From a virus, in the IMG/VR virus record IMGVR_UViG_3300027836_000009, positions 1-64,000 of that record: a stretch of 64,000 nt of DNA; one strand, written 5' to 3'. Position numbers and translations under genes: made by a program. The notes under the pieces are model-generated. The model made no database searches, was not told the DNA's origin, and saw only the letters and a program-made list of their open reading frames with translations. Each line of letters opens with the position of its first letter. Within the stretch, counting starts at the first letter, position 1. Positions 18,301-27,387 of the stretch are shown in pieces.

Positions 18301-18357
18301 TTGTTAATAACTTATAGCAAAAAAGTTTGCATAAACAAGAATTTTGTATTAAATTTG
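18301..18357 (+). promoter_or_regulatory. Bacteroidota primary-sigma-type promoter with upstream TTGTTAATAACTT element
   Basis: TTTG (18326-18329)-N20-TAAATTTG (18350-18357) fits the -33/-7 consensus. Confidence 0.7.
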
Positions 18358-18382
18358 AATATAATTAATAAATCTAAATATT

Positions 18383-19522
18383 ATGAGAAACACAGGAGTT
18401 ATTGAGGAGATTATGGCAAATGCTAATCCCATCTTAGAAAAATTAAACAGCCGAGAAATTATCCAATTTCAAGTCAAAGAACTTGATTTAAACAATGGAA
18501 TTTCTTTAAGAGGTATTCCACTTGTAGGAAAAGCAATTGGCCGTATCTTTTACACTTTAAAAGTTCGTCCTAATTTTAATGATTTTGCTTCAAAAATGAC
18601 AACTAGTGATTTTAATTTAATATCACAGAAATTGAAATCTGCTGAAGCTGAAACAAAAATGTATGCAAAAATCGTTAAGAACGATAAAGGAAATCCTGAG
18701 ATTGTTGAATGCTACTACCACAATGATAAGAAAACACAATCTGACGCATCAGGTATTAACAACTACTTTGATTGGATGGCTGATTCTTTACAAAACAGTG
18801 AAAAGGATTATAGCTTAAAGAAATTTGGTTTCAACGCTCAGAAAGAAACATTTGAATTAATCTTGTTAGATGAAACACAAGAAAATAAAATTGATGCTTT
18901 TGGAACAGGACTTGATTTATGGAAAATGGGTGATCGTTTTGAGTTCAACTCATTAAAATTTGATTATGCTCCTTTCTTAGAAAGACTATCTTGCTCAAAC
19001 GGAAACACTGCATTAGAATATGGATTTGGCGCTGATATCAGTCATGCTAAATTTAATGACCGCCGTTTAGAATCTGTTATTCAAAAAGCATTATCTGTTA
19101 AGAATGAAACTGTACCTCTTATCTTACAACAGTCTGTAAACCACTTACAACAAAATAATGTATCAATGGCTGAGTTCTACCATTATCGCAAATTCTTTGA
19201 AAATCTGAATGATGATGGAATTTACACAGGTCTTATTAACAACTACTTTGATGATAAACCTTTTTACCAATCTTATGGAATTGATATTAAAGGAAAATCA
19301 AATAAATGGAAAAGCACAGCAAACACAGGTATTAATGCCTACGACTTCTTTAATATGATTACTTACGTTGCATCGCATCCTAAAGAAGTTCGTATGGACC
19401 GTGACCACCGCACACAATTACAAATCAACGCATCCAATCTTTTGTTTAAAAAGGATCTTGATTTGGAAGACATTGCTACATCTGTCAAAGTTGACTATCC
19501 TCGTTTAGCAGCAATGAATTAA
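18383..19522 (+). CDS. DUF932-like protein
   Basis: LERLSCSNG resembles the RLxCxNG motif; C-terminal NAYDFFNMIT. Confidence 0.5.
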   Translation: MRNTGVIEEIMANANPILEKLNSREIIQFQVKELDLNNGISLRGIPLVGKAIGRIFYTLKVRPNFNDFASKMTTSDFNLISQKLKSAEAETKMYAKIVKNDKGNPEIVECYYHNDKKTQSDASGINNYFDWMADSLQNSEKDYSLKKFGFNAQKETFELILLDETQENKIDAFGTGLDLWKMGDRFEFNSLKFDYAPFLERLSCSNGNTALEYGFGADISHAKFNDRRLESVIQKALSVKNETVPLILQQSVNHLQQNNVSMAEFYHYRKFFENLNDDGIYTGLINNYFDDKPFYQSYGIDIKGKSNKWKSTANTGINAYDFFNMITYVASHPKEVRMDRDHRTQLQINASNLLFKKDLDLEDIATSVKVDYPRLAAMN

Positions 19523-19547
19523 TACCTACACCACATAAATAAAAAGG

Positions 19548-19571
19548 ACCCTGCTTCGGCAGGGTTTTTTT
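19548..19571 (+). terminator. Rho-independent terminator
   Basis: ACCCTGC-TTCG-GCAGGGT followed by a T-run; cUUCGg loop. Confidence 0.92.
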
Positions 19572-19573
19572 AT

Positions 19574-19581
19574 GATATATA
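19574..19581 (+). promoter_or_regulatory. Putative late promoter, class B (RATATATA)
   Basis: GATATATA directly after a terminator and before the internal-protein cluster; the motif recurs before structural genes. Confidence 0.5.
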
Positions 19582-19598
19582 AAAAAAATCTAAACTCT

Positions 19599-19787
19599 AT
19601 GAATAACGGACACTTAAAAACTTTTGAGGATTTCGCAAAAGAACTTAAGAACAAAATCCCACAAGAAGGTGATAAGAAGCCTGAGAAAAAAAGCAAAATC
19701 ATATTAGGGCCAGATCCTCAGAACTCTTCGTCACCAACAAGTCAGGAAACTAATGTAGGAGCAAAATATCCTAATGGCGGATTATGA
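19599..19787 (+). CDS. Putative internal head protein (CTS-like N-terminus)
   Basis: MNNGHLKTFEDFAKE; likely start ATG 19599. Confidence 0.6.
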   Translation: MNNGHLKTFEDFAKELKNKIPQEGDKKPEKKSKIILGPDPQNSSSPTSQETNVGAKYPNGGL

Positions 19788-19966
19788 AAAAAACATTAAA
19801 AACATACGAAGAATTTATTGGTGATAAGTCAATGGATAAAGTTATTAAACATAGCAAGACAGTTAAAGTTGTGTCAACTAATACAAACAATCCTGGAAAA
19901 GAATATGACGATGAAGAAGATGGTGGAGACACACTTAATCAAAGTCCTTTAAATGGAAACAGATAA
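19784..19966 (+). CDS. Putative internal head protein (CTS-like)
   Basis: MKKTLKTYEEFI. Confidence 0.6.
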   Translation: MKKTLKTYEEFIGDKSMDKVIKHSKTVKVVSTNTNNPGKEYDDEEDGGDTLNQSPLNGNR

Positions 19967-20081
19967 CATGCCTGAGAGGAAAAGCTTTAGGGAATTATGG
20001 TCAATGAACTTGACCCTTTATTTGTTTATTCTTATTAAGGATACTTTAAGAAAGAATAAATATAGAAAATAATAAATTATA

Positions 20082-21236
20082 ATGTCATTACTAAATTACC
20101 AAGATTTCTTATTTGAAACATACGGCAAAATAAAATTGAGTGAAGCTCGTGAAAACTTGTTGAGAACAATATCAAAGTCGTATCTTTTAGAAGAAGAACA
20201 GTATGTTTTAGATTTTGTTATTCAAGAAGGCTTAACCAACGATTTCTTTTCGTTATATGAATCAAACGATGATATTATTCAAGAAAATTTTATTCAAAAA
20301 GCTAAAGAAAGATACGATAGAGCTAAAGAAGAAATAAAATCTCGCGGTAAAGAAGCACTCGATAAAATGAGTGATGCTACTAAAAATCTGGTTCAAGTTG
20401 GTGGAAACATATTAAAGCCAATTAAAACAATAATGCAAAAAATTGGTGAAGCAATTAAAAAGGCTTGGGAAGAAGCAAAAGCAATTGCGAATGAAGCAGT
20501 AAACAAGTATAAAGATAAGATATCCGAGAAAATCAAAAACTTAATTAAAGATAGCGATAAAAAGAAAAAGCTTAAAGACGAATTAAAAAATTTAGGCGAG
20601 ATGATTAGCGCAGGCACAAAGTACATCACAAGCGGTTTTTCTACTGACGCTGAAAAAGCTGCAGCTGCTGCTGCCTCATCTGATGATAAAAATGAATCTT
20701 TTTTAAACTACATTGAGTATGCAATATTAAACGAAATAACATCGGAAATTAATAAAGGCGTAAACATTGATGATATAATTGAATCCCTTAATGAAGAAGG
20801 ACACGGTCACGAGAAAAAAGGAGGGTTAAACATTCCCTTTGTAAGTAAAGTGATGAGCAAAATAGGTCATATGCCTCCGTTTAAATACTTTCACGATTTA
20901 GGCGCAAAAGCTGAAGATTTTACAAATAACAAATTATCACGAGCAAGTTTCTTAGTAAATAAAGTTGCTGATGGGCCTGCTCCTTATGAATATGTTGTTT
21001 TTGGATCTCTCGTTGGTGTTGCTGTTGGTTATTACACTGAAACATTTGCTAAAACTGGTGCTTTAGGCATACTTGCTGAATTTGGTATTCCAGGACTAGT
21101 CATTTTAAAAAGTTTAATTGGTGGAATAGGTCTTGCTTTAGCAATTTACGGAATTGCTGAATCCTTAGTTGGTAGCGAAGGCGAAGAGAAAAAGGAAGAA
21201 GAGAAGGAAGAAGACGAAAAAAAAGAAGAAGAATAA
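20082..21236 (+). CDS. Putative internal head protein, helical, with C-terminal hydrophobic segments and acidic tail
   Basis: MSLLNYQDFLFE; many internal (L/I)xE sites; Gly-rich hydrophobic helices. Confidence 0.65.
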   Translation: MSLLNYQDFLFETYGKIKLSEARENLLRTISKSYLLEEEQYVLDFVIQEGLTNDFFSLYESNDDIIQENFIQKAKERYDRAKEEIKSRGKEALDKMSDATKNLVQVGGNILKPIKTIMQKIGEAIKKAWEEAKAIANEAVNKYKDKISEKIKNLIKDSDKKKKLKDELKNLGEMISAGTKYITSGFSTDAEKAAAAAASSDDKNESFLNYIEYAILNEITSEINKGVNIDDIIESLNEEGHGHEKKGGLNIPFVSKVMSKIGHMPPFKYFHDLGAKAEDFTNNKLSRASFLVNKVADGPAPYEYVVFGSLVGVAVGYYTETFAKTGALGILAEFGIPGLVILKSLIGGIGLALAIYGIAESLVGSEGEEKKEEEKEEDEKKEEE

Positions 21237-22306
21237 TGACATTAAAACTTTACGAACAGTGGTTACTGACTGAAGGTGGCTGGGCTACAACAAAAACACA
21301 AGGGACAGTTATCAAGCCTCTTATTATTGCTGACTGCGTTAAAAAGACACGAGTTATTGCTGAAGAGTTTGCAGCTCACTGTAAAACTGTTGAACTGCCG
21401 CCTCTTGAATTTACAAAGCCAATCGGCAGCGGTACATGGTATGAAGAAGATATCGTATCACAGCCTGACAAAGTTTACGGAGACGTAGACTTTATGGTGT
21501 CTTATCCTGTTTTGGAATTAACAGGGAAAGATCGTCGTGCTGATGAAATCGCAACGGTTAAACTTTACAATAAAGAACTGATTGACTTCTTAAAGAATAA
21601 AAGATATTCGTTTATTGATATTGCTGAAACAATGACAGTTTCAAATGATGTATCATTAAAGTTTATTATGGAAGTTGAAACACCTGAAGGTGAAGGATGG
21701 ATTCAAGTAGACATTGTTGTTACGCATACTGATTATAAAGAATGGGCAATCTTTAGAATGACTCCTATTCGTAATGTAAAAGGATTTGTACTTGGTAACT
21801 TATATTCTTCTTTTGGAGAAGTTCTTGAAGTAAGTATTCAGCCTCGTGGAGTTAGAGCAAAATTTGCTGGTACTCAAATGGTTGCATATAGTAAAAGAGC
21901 TGGTACTGAGGAAAAACTTCTTACAGCAAACATTCAAACATTTATGCATGATATTGCTCGATTCTTTTGGGAAACAAGTGGCACTGATAAACCTTATGAA
22001 GAATCGTCTTCATTAAAAAGATGGAAAGGTATCAATCCACAGAACCCACGTTTTGAAGATCTTTGTGATGGGATTCGTGGAGTTGCTGAAACACTTGAGC
22101 AACTTGGTGAATTTGGCAGTGTTATCAAATATAAATCAGCAAAAGAATTATTAGATGCAGTAAAGAAGAGATATATAGAAAAGATGGAAACTGCAGGTAA
22201 CGCAGAGAAATTAAACAAAGCTGAAACGCCATCGGCAATTGCAGCTGCTGAAAAATTACGTAAGTTTGTTAAGGATTACACCGAATTAGCAGACAAGCTA
22301 TTATAA
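21236..22306 (+). CDS. Pol-beta-superfamily nucleotidyltransferase-like protein with CTS-like N-terminus
   Basis: MTLKLYEQWLLTEG; IGSG...GDVDF...IQVD triad. Confidence 0.65.
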   Translation: MTLKLYEQWLLTEGGWATTKTQGTVIKPLIIADCVKKTRVIAEEFAAHCKTVELPPLEFTKPIGSGTWYEEDIVSQPDKVYGDVDFMVSYPVLELTGKDRRADEIATVKLYNKELIDFLKNKRYSFIDIAETMTVSNDVSLKFIMEVETPEGEGWIQVDIVVTHTDYKEWAIFRMTPIRNVKGFVLGNLYSSFGEVLEVSIQPRGVRAKFAGTQMVAYSKRAGTEEKLLTANIQTFMHDIARFFWETSGTDKPYEESSSLKRWKGINPQNPRFEDLCDGIRGVAETLEQLGEFGSVIKYKSAKELLDAVKKRYIEKMETAGNAEKLNKAETPSAIAAAEKLRKFVKDYTELADKLL

Positions 22307-22309
22307 GGT

Positions 22310-22930
22310 ATGGAGTCAAACATATTAGTTGCTATAGTCACAGGGATATCATCAATCACAGTTGCGGTCATTACGGTCGTTGTTAAGGATTGGCTTGATA
22401 AAAGGAAAGTTGCTGAAAAAACAGCAAAAGATGAATGTGTTAAACATGAAGATTTGGACAACATGATGTATGTTCAAGAATTCATTGAAGCATTACGATT
22501 AGAATATAATTTTGACAGAGCTGGCATTTGTCAATTTCACAACGGAGGAAAGTTCTTTAAAGGACATTCAATGAAAAAATTTTCAATGAGTTTTGAGACA
22601 ACCAAACCAGGTATTGAAAAGATTAAACGTGGTATGCAAAATATCATGGTTTCAGAATTTCCTCATCTTATAAATGGTTTATTAAATGAAAATAGTTTAA
22701 CCATATATCAAGATACACAAGGCTTCCCAGCAACAACACGTGAAATGATATCTAACGGCATTGTTCAATCTATAAATATTCCTATCCGTGGTTTAAGCGG
22801 AGATCTTGCAGGATTTGTATTCTTGCACAATATTGGGGATCCTGGGGATCCAAGTGAAATGGTTAGTGAAGACGCAATTGATGATCTTTGCCGCCGAACA
22901 GATCAGATCTCAGGATACATTTTAAAATAA
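22310..22930 (+). CDS. Membrane-anchored GAF-domain protein, T4 holin T-like
   Basis: N-terminal TM; DRAGICQFHNG; PIRGLSGDLAGFVFL. Confidence 0.55.
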   Translation: MESNILVAIVTGISSITVAVITVVVKDWLDKRKVAEKTAKDECVKHEDLDNMMYVQEFIEALRLEYNFDRAGICQFHNGGKFFKGHSMKKFSMSFETTKPGIEKIKRGMQNIMVSEFPHLINGLLNENSLTIYQDTQGFPATTREMISNGIVQSINIPIRGLSGDLAGFVFLHNIGDPGDPSEMVSEDAIDDLCRRTDQISGYILK

Positions 22931-22941
22931 ACAAAATCATA

Positions 22942-23229
22942 ATGAAAAACTTATTAACAGGCTTAAAATGGTTAAAGACTGAAATACTTAATATGTATTC
23001 TTCAAGACCCACTTTTTTTTCAAAAAAACGTGTTGAGTCAGGAGTTGCATTTCTTATAGGACAATGGGGTATGGTGTTCTTTCTTTTAGAAAAACATACT
23101 ATTATGACAACTAGTGATTTAGCAATATGGGCTGGTATTGAATTTGCAGTATCAGGATATATGCTTAGCCAAATACAAAAAGAAAAGAAATCAGCAGTTC
23201 CGACTACAGAAGAAATAACAGAAAACTAA
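22942..23229 (+). CDS. Two-TM membrane protein
   Basis: SKKR followed by two hydrophobic segments; likely start ATG 22942. Confidence 0.65.
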   Translation: MKNLLTGLKWLKTEILNMYSSRPTFFSKKRVESGVAFLIGQWGMVFFLLEKHTIMTTSDLAIWAGIEFAVSGYMLSQIQKEKKSAVPTTEEITEN

Positions 23230-23232
23230 TAT

Positions 23233-23430
23233 ATGAAATACATTAAAACATTTGAAGCTTATTTGAATGAGCTTGAACTTCCTTTAAAAGGTGAAGACGA
23301 AAACACAAAAGGCAATAAAGACGTTGCAGCTGGTGAAGAAGAAGATGTAGTGAAAGGCGATGAAAAAGCTGACGCTAAAGGCGAAGAGGAAGAAGAGAAA
23401 GAAGAAGAAATTGATGCTGACGAAGCATAA
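23233..23430 (+). CDS. Acidic putative internal head protein (CTS-like)
   Basis: MKYIKTFEAYLNE. Confidence 0.7.
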   Translation: MKYIKTFEAYLNELELPLKGEDENTKGNKDVAAGEEEDVVKGDEKADAKGEEEEEKEEEIDADEA

Positions 23431-23444
23431 AATTATTTTATACA

Positions 23445-23819
23445 ATGAAAAACTTACAAACATACCAAGAATTCTTAAATGAACAAGAAGAAATTCTAAA
23501 CGAAGACATCAATTTGATAACAACAGTTATGTTGCTAGGTCAGGCTACGATTGTTGCAGCTGCAGTAATGGCAAGAGCGGGATATGATACACCCGATGAA
23601 AAATTAGCAGAGTGGTGGAATAAATGGAAAAGAGATCGTAGAGTTAATAAGATTTTAGATAAACTTAATGCTGATTCAGAAGTTCAACAATTTCTTACAT
23701 TGCCTCCTAAAGAACAAGAAGGTAAATGGAAAAAACTTGTAGATACAAAACTTAATAAAGAGGATAAAGATCTTCTTAATTCAATTTCTAGAGACCGAGT
23801 TAAAAAAGGTAAAATATAA
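23445..23819 (+). CDS. Putative internal head protein (CTS-like)
   Basis: MKNLQTYQEFLNE...ILNE. Confidence 0.7.
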   Translation: MKNLQTYQEFLNEQEEILNEDINLITTVMLLGQATIVAAAVMARAGYDTPDEKLAEWWNKWKRDRRVNKILDKLNADSEVQQFLTLPPKEQEGKWKKLVDTKLNKEDKDLLNSISRDRVKKGKI

Positions 23820-24280
23820 TGAAACACATAAAAACATTTGAGTCATACGTTAAAGAAGGCGTTGAGAAAAACAGCAAAGTTCTTGAATCCGAAGAATCTG
23901 TAAATGAATCAACAGATATAGATGTATCTGCATTAAGCGATGGTATGCTAAAAGAATTACGTAAGGTATTTAACGGTGTAAAGCATGGACTGTCTAATAA
24001 CGATTTACAGTTATTAGCAAAGATTACGATGGAGATCAAGAAAAGAGGTATTAAAGAATCTGTAGATGAATCTGTTATTAATGAAGGTATCATGTCATTA
24101 ACCGCATACTATAAGGATTATGATAGAGATGTAACTACTCCTGCTAAGAAAATTGATGATATACTTAATAAAGAAATTAAATCAGTTAGTAGCAAAAATG
24201 CTGTATTAGATTTGATTACTGATTTGGTTGAAGAATATGCAGTTGAATATGCAGACAACCGAGATCAAGAAAGATATTAA
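23819..24280 (+). CDS. Putative internal head protein (CTS-like) with repeated xNE/xES sites
   Basis: MKHIKTFESYVKE; SVNES; IKESVDESVINE. Confidence 0.7.
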   Translation: MKHIKTFESYVKEGVEKNSKVLESEESVNESTDIDVSALSDGMLKELRKVFNGVKHGLSNNDLQLLAKITMEIKKRGIKESVDESVINEGIMSLTAYYKDYDRDVTTPAKKIDDILNKEIKSVSSKNAVLDLITDLVEEYAVEYADNRDQERY

Positions 24281-24293
24281 AAATAAAATAAAA

Positions 24294-24599
24294 ATGAAAA
24301 ATATACACACATTTGAAGAGTTCTTAAATGAAGGAAAAGTTTCTTTTTCTAAAATGGAATTCACAGTAGCTTCGTTTGTAGATAACAAAGGACTTGCTAT
24401 TCAGTTTCTAGCAAATAATAAAACTTTAGACAATTTTAGTGCTAATGCAATGGTAAATGCAATAACTGCAATGATAAACAAAAACATATCTGACTTAAAT
24501 GGACTTTTATATTATGAAATTGGTAATGTAGCTGCAGGTATAGTATTTAGATTAGATCAATATGAATTTGGTAAAATGATAGAAAAACGACTTAAATAA
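24294..24599 (+). CDS. Putative internal head protein (CTS-like)
   Basis: Likely start ATG 24294: MKNIHTFEEFLNE. Confidence 0.7.
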   Translation: MKNIHTFEEFLNEGKVSFSKMEFTVASFVDNKGLAIQFLANNKTLDNFSANAMVNAITAMINKNISDLNGLLYYEIGNVAAGIVFRLDQYEFGKMIEKRLK

Positions 24600-24600
24600 T

Positions 24601-25146
24601 ATGAAATACGTACATACATTTGAAAGTTTCTTAAATGAAAAATTTGCTGATAAATATCCTAAGCAAATGTATATTGAACTACAGCCTAATGACATTTCTG
24701 ATTATGCTGATGAATTAGCAAATCTTGTAAATGTAGCATATGCTGATAAAGGCGGTAATCTTGAAATTAAGAACGGCGCAGATTTAAGAAAGTCTGACAT
24801 TACTTATTGGGTAGCAAAAGATATTGATGAAGATCCTAATGCAGATGTTGCAGTTGGAGGTAAGAAAACACCACATGGTGTTAAGATGACAGTTATGGGC
24901 CAAGATGGTTCTCGTGAAGCAAAAAAGGACGCAATCTTAAAAATGATTGAACTTATGAAGACTCGTGGTTTTTATGCTGAACTTGATACTGACTTAGCAC
25001 AAAAGTTAAATCTTACTCACGTTAAAGACGAAAAGAAAATACGTGATGTATTAAACAAAGACATTACTTATTTTAAAGACGGATCTTATGATCGTGATAT
25101 TGCTGGAGATACACATAGAAAAGTTCTTGTAGGAATGCCAAAATAA
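24601..25146 (+). CDS. Putative internal head protein (CTS-like), globular domain of unknown function
   Basis: MKYVHTFESFLNE. Confidence 0.7.
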   Translation: MKYVHTFESFLNEKFADKYPKQMYIELQPNDISDYADELANLVNVAYADKGGNLEIKNGADLRKSDITYWVAKDIDEDPNADVAVGGKKTPHGVKMTVMGQDGSREAKKDAILKMIELMKTRGFYAELDTDLAQKLNLTHVKDEKKIRDVLNKDITYFKDGSYDRDIAGDTHRKVLVGMPK

Positions 25147-25154
25147 TTCTAATC

Positions 25155-25859
25155 ATGAAATACATTAATAATTTTTCGGGTTGGGTTAACGAAAGTGTAT
25201 CAAGCAATGAAGCTGATAAAATCGTTTATGGAAATCAGCCAAAAGATTTACAAAAGTTAGCAGACGATAAAAACGATCCTATAAAAAATTGGTTTATAGA
25301 AAAAGGATTCGTTGATACGATTGTAAAAGAAACACCACTTAATAGCGGATCTCAAACAAGAAAAGATCTTGATACTATAGTTGAGAAAATGTCAAAAGCT
25401 ACGCCTGAAGATTTAGCGTTTGCTCGTTACATAGATGATGAAGCAAATATATCAAAAACTTTTATTGATTTATTAGGTAAATACGGACATAAAGTTTTTG
25501 AAGAAGAACATTTGTTTGTTGAAACTCAATCCGACGCAATCTTATTTTATTTAAAAGACGTAATTAATAGACCAAGACCGTATCAACTTGCTTATTATTA
25601 TAAAATTGATTTATACCCACTTATCAGAACTAACGCAATGACAGCTTCTTATCCAAGTGGACATGCTTTAGCAGGTATTATGATGAGTGAACATTACGCA
25701 AAACTTTATCCTGATGCTTCAGTTGAATTAAAAGAATTAGGAAACAAAATTGCTAACAGTAGAGAACTAACAGGAATTCATTATTCTTCTGATACAGAAA
25801 TATCTCGTAAGATATCAAAAATCATTATTGATAATAACTTGCTACAAATAAAAAAATGA
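25155..25859 (+). CDS. PAP2-superfamily phosphatase with CTS-like N-terminus
   Basis: KxxxxRPRP, SYPSGH, SRxxxGIHYxSD; MKYINNFSGWVNE. Confidence 0.88.
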   Translation: MKYINNFSGWVNESVSSNEADKIVYGNQPKDLQKLADDKNDPIKNWFIEKGFVDTIVKETPLNSGSQTRKDLDTIVEKMSKATPEDLAFARYIDDEANISKTFIDLLGKYGHKVFEEEHLFVETQSDAILFYLKDVINRPRPYQLAYYYKIDLYPLIRTNAMTASYPSGHALAGIMMSEHYAKLYPDASVELKELGNKIANSRELTGIHYSSDTEISRKISKIIIDNNLLQIKK

Positions 25860-26059
25860 AATTCTTAAAGTTCTTTTTTATAACAGGAACACAAAGGTGG
25901 GGTTCATTTATGTGGCTAGGTACACATTATAGCATGACACAAACAGATTGGCATTGGGTTCTTGAAACCTCATTATGCATAGGATTAGATTTGTTGCTTG
26001 TAATAGGTGTATTTTTAGAATGGAAAGAAATTCATAAACATAAAGATTCCGAAAACTAA
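25856..26059 (+). CDS. Small membrane protein
   Basis: ATGA overlap; hydrophobic segments. Confidence 0.55.
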   Translation: MKFLKFFFITGTQRWGSFMWLGTHYSMTQTDWHWVLETSLCIGLDLLLVIGVFLEWKEIHKHKDSEN

Positions 26060-26079
26060 ATAGACAGTTGTGTATATAA
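26053..26079 (+). promoter_or_regulatory. Class A promoter
   Basis: AAACTA-N13-GTATATAA. Confidence 0.7.
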
Positions 26080-26110
26080 TTTAAAATATTATTAATCTAA
26101 ACAAATTATT

Positions 26111-26332
26111 ATGGCACACTGGACAGTAAGAGTTAAGACTACTGAGGAAACTGATGACGGAAAGCTAATTAGAAAAATTGAGCCTTTCTTAGTAAAAGCA
26201 GATACAATTGAAGAATCACAAGCAAGAATTCGCGAGTACTTTAAAGGTATGACACTTGATTATGAATTTCATAGTGTAAGTAAAAGCAACATCATCGGTT
26301 ACATTGACAGTGAAGGTAATGTTTCAGAATAA
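26111..26332 (+). CDS. DUF4494-like protein
   Basis: W-x-V-x-V...DGK..KIEPFLVKADTIEESQARI resembles the Bacteroidota DUF4494 family. Confidence 0.65.
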   Translation: MAHWTVRVKTTEETDDGKLIRKIEPFLVKADTIEESQARIREYFKGMTLDYEFHSVSKSNIIGYIDSEGNVSE

Positions 26333-26350
26333 GAAACAATAAACGACTTT

Positions 26351-26374
26351 AGAGGGACTTTGTCCCTCTTTTTT
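26351..26374 (+). terminator. Rho-independent terminator
   Basis: AGAGGGAC-TTT-GTCCCTCT followed by a T-run. Confidence 0.88.
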
Positions 26375-26385
26375 AATTATCCCTT

Positions 26386-27360
26386 ATGAGTATAGAAAAA
26401 GTTTATATAGGTGATCTATATGTAGGAGATCTACATACTACAGATCCACAGTTTGAGCAAAAACTGAATAACATCAAAAATATAGTTGCTCAAGATTCTT
26501 TCTTAGAATTGTATCAAGCTATTGATGATGCACTCCCACAACAACTTGTAAAAGTTATTGGACCAAAACTTAAAAATCTAATCCAAACCTATTATTTAGG
26601 CGGTCCTGAAAATTTGCATATTCTTATAGAGCAAATTAAAAATCCAATCAACATAACACACGAATTAAGATCTTTTGTAGATCCTATTGAAATTTTAACC
26701 AATCATTATTCTTCTCTACCAAGAGAGTTCTTTGAAATTCTTTTTAAGGAACAGCCTGGTGATATGGGTCCTAGCGAATTACTTTTTACAATTTTTACAA
26801 GTCTTTCAAAAAGCGATAAAGGTGATTTATATGATTCTGAATATGATCGTAAGATTGAAGTAAAAGGCAGAAATGGTCGTTTGAGTGGAAAATGCAAAAT
26901 GCTAACTGGCTTATGTGCACTTGAAAAAATTAACAAGATTTTTGACTCAAACATTGAAAGCAGAGGAATAACAAAAGGTATTTTAGTTTTTGACATATAT
27001 AAGTTATTGAAACATAAGGACCTTTCTTTTGAAGAAGCTAAAGAATTCATTGACTCGCTTTCACAATTCCCAGAATCTTTTACATCAAGTAAACAACATC
27101 TTATTTTAAAAATATTGCATGGCCTATCCAAACCTGAAGATTTAGTTAACATTTTTATTGCTGTTCAAATTTTAAGTTACACAGATCATGGAGGTTTTAA
27201 TGATTTGTTAATCTTTAGTGATAAGAATCGTAAATGTCAGTTACTTAATGTAACCGATGCAACAATTGATGAAATTCTTGAGTATGGAAATCTTATAAGT
27301 TTCTCACCTTGGTATACAGGACATGAAACATCAATAGGTTTGATAAGAAAGACTCGATGA
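26386..27360 (+). CDS. Putative PD-(D/E)XK endonuclease
   Basis: MGPSE...KGDL...IEVKG..GRL catalytic-like pattern. Confidence 0.5.
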   Translation: MSIEKVYIGDLYVGDLHTTDPQFEQKLNNIKNIVAQDSFLELYQAIDDALPQQLVKVIGPKLKNLIQTYYLGGPENLHILIEQIKNPINITHELRSFVDPIEILTNHYSSLPREFFEILFKEQPGDMGPSELLFTIFTSLSKSDKGDLYDSEYDRKIEVKGRNGRLSGKCKMLTGLCALEKINKIFDSNIESRGITKGILVFDIYKLLKHKDLSFEEAKEFIDSLSQFPESFTSSKQHLILKILHGLSKPEDLVNIFIAVQILSYTDHGGFNDLLIFSDKNRKCQLLNVTDATIDEILEYGNLISFSPWYTGHETSIGLIRKTR

Positions 27361-27387
27361 ATATATAAAGAAAATAAAACACAAAAC

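Noticed and set aside
19968-20072. 34-codon ORF MPERKSFRELW... with a faint CTS-like start
   Set aside because: Too short and the motif match too weak to support.
708-26374. Two terminators share the stem AGAGGGAC/GTCCCTCT
   Set aside because: Reuse of a terminator stem is common in phages; two copies do not establish a repeat family.
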